From Methanobacteriota archaeon (GTDB lineage Archaea; Halobacteriota; Bog-38; Methanoflorentales; Methanoflorentaceae), in assembly GCA_003139855.1 (NCBI GenBank), contig PLGY01000037.1, forward strand, positions 28,058 to 92,057: a stretch of DNA of 64,000 nt, in the 5' to 3' direction. Each line of letters begins with the position of its first letter. The stretch's first letter is position 1. The position numbers and the translations under genes are program-made. Positions 61,229 through 64,000 of the stretch are shown one piece after another. Under the pieces are notes generated by a model. The model searched no databases. It saw nothing but the letters and a program-made list of their open reading frames with translations, and was not told where the DNA came from.

Positions 61229-61915
61229 ATGGATATCGAAGTCGTACTGGTGAATCCTGTTTATGAAGGTAACGTAGGCGCCGTGGCTCGCGTTATGAAG
61301 AACTTTGGTTATTCAGAGCTTACACTGATCGACCCGTGCGAGCTAGGGTCTTTCGCACGAGCAATGGCGTCTCATGCCCAGGATGTTCTCGACGCGGCGC
61401 GGCTTAAGACACTTGAAAATGTTCTAGTTGCTTCTAATTTGGTGATAGGAACCACTGGAATTGTCGGATCAAAAGCTCATCTTAGGACGCCGTACCAGCT
61501 TGCGAGGCTCGGCGTTAAGCTCTCTAAAATGCGCGGCATCGCCTCAATACTGTTTGGCGCTGAAGATCAAGGACTTTCGAACAAAGTGTTACAAGAATGC
61601 GACATTGTCGTCAACGTTGAGACAAGCACGCGATATCCAGTAATGAACATTTCGCACGCTGCTGCAGTCATATTGTACAGTATAGCTAGCGCTACGACCC
61701 CTGCTGCAAATCGAACGGTCGCAACCCACGCTGACTTAGATCGATTGCTTCAGCACACAAGCGAAGTTCTCGAAGCAATCGACTTTCCGGCGCACAAACG
61801 GCGTCGCGTGCTTCTCAACCTTAAGCGCATCCACGGCAGATCAGAACTGAGCACTTCAGAAGTGAGGACGCTCAGGGGCGTCCTAAGCAAAATAGAACTC
61901 CGTATAAGACGATGA
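61229..61915 (+). CDS. SpoU/TrmH-class RNA 2'-O-methyltransferase (aTrmJ-like)
   Basis: VVLVNPVYEGNVGAVARVMKNFG..., LFGAEDQGL, and MNISHAAAVILY (SPOUT knot motifs). Confidence 0.8.
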   Translation: MDIEVVLVNPVYEGNVGAVARVMKNFGYSELTLIDPCELGSFARAMASHAQDVLDAARLKTLENVLVASNLVIGTTGIVGSKAHLRTPYQLARLGVKLSKMRGIASILFGAEDQGLSNKVLQECDIVVNVETSTRYPVMNISHAAAVILYSIASATTPAANRTVATHADLDRLLQHTSEVLEAIDFPAHKRRRVLLNLKRIHGRSELSTSEVRTLRGVLSKIELRIRR

Positions 61916-61917
61916 GG

Positions 61918-62772
61918 TCACTTAAGGTACTTTCCCACAATCGGACGAAGCTTTTCGGACACCTCGTCTGAAATGGCCTCTGTGCTCGTCACTATAGCGT
62001 CCCTGAGTGCGTGTCTGCACTGGCAAGAGCCGTTTGTTATTGGGAGGTGGGGCACCACTTCCTGGATGATTTCTTGCGTACTGGCGGCATTTCTGTTGAC
62101 GTTGTTTATGACCGTTTCAATAGTCACTTCCTCCTCGCGCCACACGTCGTAATCAGTGACTGTGGCCAACATGCTGAAGCACATCTCTGCCTCTCTCGCG
62201 AGTTTTGCTTCTGGCAGTGCCGTCATCCCTATGATATCGAAGCCCATATGCCGATATGCGTTCGATTCTGCGCGGGTCGAAAATTGCGGGCCCTCAATGC
62301 AGATGTAAGTACCGCCTTTCTTGACACTGCATCCGACGCGTTGCGCCGCGCGATACAACTCCTGTGACAAGTCGCGACAAAATGGGTCGGCGAAGCTTAT
62401 ATGCACGCAAATATCCTCAAAAAATGTATTTGATCGCAGCTTAGTCCTATCAAAAAGTTGATCGGGGATCACCATTTCAAGTGGCTTTATTTTCTCTTTG
62501 AGGCTGCCAACCGCGGAAATTGCGATAACATTAGTGACGCCTAAGCTTTTCAGGGCGTAGATGTTCGCGCGGTAATCTATGCGGCTCGGCGAAAAACGGT
62601 GTCCTGCTCCGTGTCTGGCCAGAAAAGCGCAAGCTCTTCCTTCCACCAGTCCGACGATTATGTCGCTTGATGGAGGACCAAATGGGGTACTGATTGCCAG
62701 CGTTGTTGCATCTTCGAGGAGATCAGGACTGTAAAAACCGGTGCCGCCTACAAAAGCAATTTCAGCGTTCAT
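61918..62772 (-). CDS. mtnP: S-methyl-5'-thioadenosine phosphorylase
   Basis: IAFVGGTGFY, RHG.GH, VTNVIAISAVGSL, and GPQFSTRAES...GMT. Confidence 0.9.
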   Translation of the reverse strand: MNAEIAFVGGTGFYSPDLLEDATTLAISTPFGPPSSDIIVGLVEGRACAFLARHGAGHRFSPSRIDYRANIYALKSLGVTNVIAISAVGSLKEKIKPLEMVIPDQLFDRTKLRSNTFFEDICVHISFADPFCRDLSQELYRAAQRVGCSVKKGGTYICIEGPQFSTRAESNAYRHMGFDIIGMTALPEAKLAREAEMCFSMLATVTDYDVWREEEVTIETVINNVNRNAASTQEIIQEVVPHLPITNGSCQCRHALRDAIVTSTEAISDEVSEKLRPIVGKYLK

Positions 62773-63455
62773 TTTAGCTTCCAGCCTCTCTGACCAAGTG
62801 CTAGAATCCCTCTCCTTTGCATCTCTTTCAAGATCTCCGGCAGGCGTCCGGGCTGAGCTATGTCCAAATGAATGGGATCAATCAAGAACCAATGGTTCAG
62901 TCCCGCTTTGATTGACTTTTCGTTCCACACCTCTTTTCTCTCTGTGGCCATAAGCTTCGTTATCAAGTCAATCATATCTTCGATGAAATTCCACGGATAC
63001 ACCACCCACATCCACTCTTCGAGAAACTCGGCAAAGTAGTCAGACTTAGTTTCTGAAGTAAAGAGCAGTTGTAGTACCCCCGTCCTACAGTCAGCCGGTT
63101 TGAACTCTCTTACGTAGTCTGAAGAGTGTTGAAGGCTTTTTCCCGTGTCCGCAATGTCATCTACGATGAGCACTCGTTTGTCTTTAACCATTTCTTCTGC
63201 GATCGGGTATCGAACTGTACAGTCGTCTGCCAAGCGAGCAGTCCCGACATAGTGTTCAACCTTGAGGCTGATTAAATCCGAAATGCCGAGAAAATCGCAG
63301 ACGATACGGGCGGCAAACCAGCCCCCGCGTGCGAGCGCTACGATAACATCTGGCTCGTATCCTGACTCCACGACACTTGATGATAAATCGCGGCAAAGGT
63401 CATAGACGTAGTTCCAATTCGTCACCGTGCATTTGATCTTGTTAGGAACAGCCAT
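62769..63455 (-). CDS. purine phosphoribosyltransferase-family protein with a C-terminal extension
   Basis: PRPP-binding loop VLIVDDIADTGKS and VALARGG are present. 4-nt overlap with mtnP. Confidence 0.8.
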   Translation of the reverse strand: MAVPNKIKCTVTNWNYVYDLCRDLSSSVVESGYEPDVIVALARGGWFAARIVCDFLGISDLISLKVEHYVGTARLADDCTVRYPIAEEMVKDKRVLIVDDIADTGKSLQHSSDYVREFKPADCRTGVLQLLFTSETKSDYFAEFLEEWMWVVYPWNFIEDMIDLITKLMATERKEVWNEKSIKAGLNHWFLIDPIHLDIAQPGRLPEILKEMQRRGILALGQRGWKLK

Positions 63456-63572
63456 GGATCATCCGTCGAGGAATCATAATATTTATTTCTACCTGTTCTA
63501 TGTTGTAAAGGAATGGAAAAGGAATATCATACAGCAATGCTATTAGGGAGCGGTGGTTAAAAGGAGTTTTCC

Positions 63573-64000
63573 TATGCGACTTGAACAAGAAGATCTTAAC
63601 GCGATAGGCGAGATAGTAGTCAGTCGCTATTTCAAGAAGGGCGGTCTGAAGTTTACCAGTTTGAGAGACTCGCGGAGAATTTTTAAAGCGTATAACGAGG
63701 TCGACGAGCAGTACAAGGCGTATCCTCACATGAGTCGTGACTGGTACGTCTCCAACTCAGTCGATAAAGATGCATACATCGCAAGCACGTGGAAGGAACT
63801 GAAAAAGCTCGTAGATTTTTTGAATGACTTGAGCGACAAAACCCTCTACAACTTTGTAGTCCGCGCTGACAACGAGCTCGCTTTAGCCAAAGTCGAAACT
63901 CAACGATCAGAGGTCTCAAAAGAGGCCGCGGCGATCGCGAGGAGGCACGACTACAAACTCTACCTTTTCACCGTCAAGGTCCCCAGCAATCTTGAGTACG
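63573..64000 (+). CDS. hypothetical protein, 5' part (continues beyond the window)
   Basis: The ATG at 63573 is preceded by AAAAGGAG, and the frame stays open for 142 codons to the window edge (MRLEQEDLNAIGEIVVSRYFKKGG...). It is not in the ORF track because no stop is reached. Confidence 0.5.

Overview
This is a densely coding archaeal chromosome segment, and almost all of it is housekeeping. The gene content is euryarchaeal in type: RNA polymerase split into B''/B' and A'/A'', Topo VI, MCM, RFC, an RPA plus RPA-associated pair, archaeosortase A, archaeal riboflavin synthase and RibL, FBP aldolase/phosphatase, and an FrhB-type F420 module. The minus strand from 8.4 to 21.6 kb carries the classical cluster rpoH-rpoB2-rpoB1-rpoA1-rpoA2-L30e-nusA-S12-S7-EF2-EF1a-S10-tRNASer. 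Other blocks:
- SRP19-PHP-Gar1-TFB.
- A four-gene split glutamate synthase with an FrhB-like subunit.
- rpa-rpap.
- top6B-top6A.
- Riboflavin, thiamine and purine genes.
- mcm-DUF424-NMD3-Trm5/Taw2.
- artA-psd-pssA.
- MTAP-PRT.

Features absent from the ORF track:
- Four tRNAs. Ser, Lys and Ala each carry an intron at the canonical 37/38 position; Leu has none.
- An RNase P RNA hidden under spurious ORFs at about 39.27-39.56 kb.
- A candidate C/D box sRNA with its own TATA box at 45.31-45.38 kb.
- A GGAA-N6-TTCC (NrpR-type) palindrome beside a TATA box upstream of the glutamate synthase genes.

I saw no CRISPR array, IS element, integrase or recognisable defence system, and I cannot demonstrate a wholly new system here. 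The least explained parts:
- The orphan-rich 1.1-6.1 kb segment, which includes a compact PriS-like primase with an extra Cys cluster.
- The roughly 800-bp gene-less stretch at 23.19-23.99 kb.
- A low-GC-looking coiled-coil orphan beside tRNA-Ala.
- The FrhB-linked split glutamate synthase.

All calls rest on motif-level reading of the translations and sequence. No database search was run.
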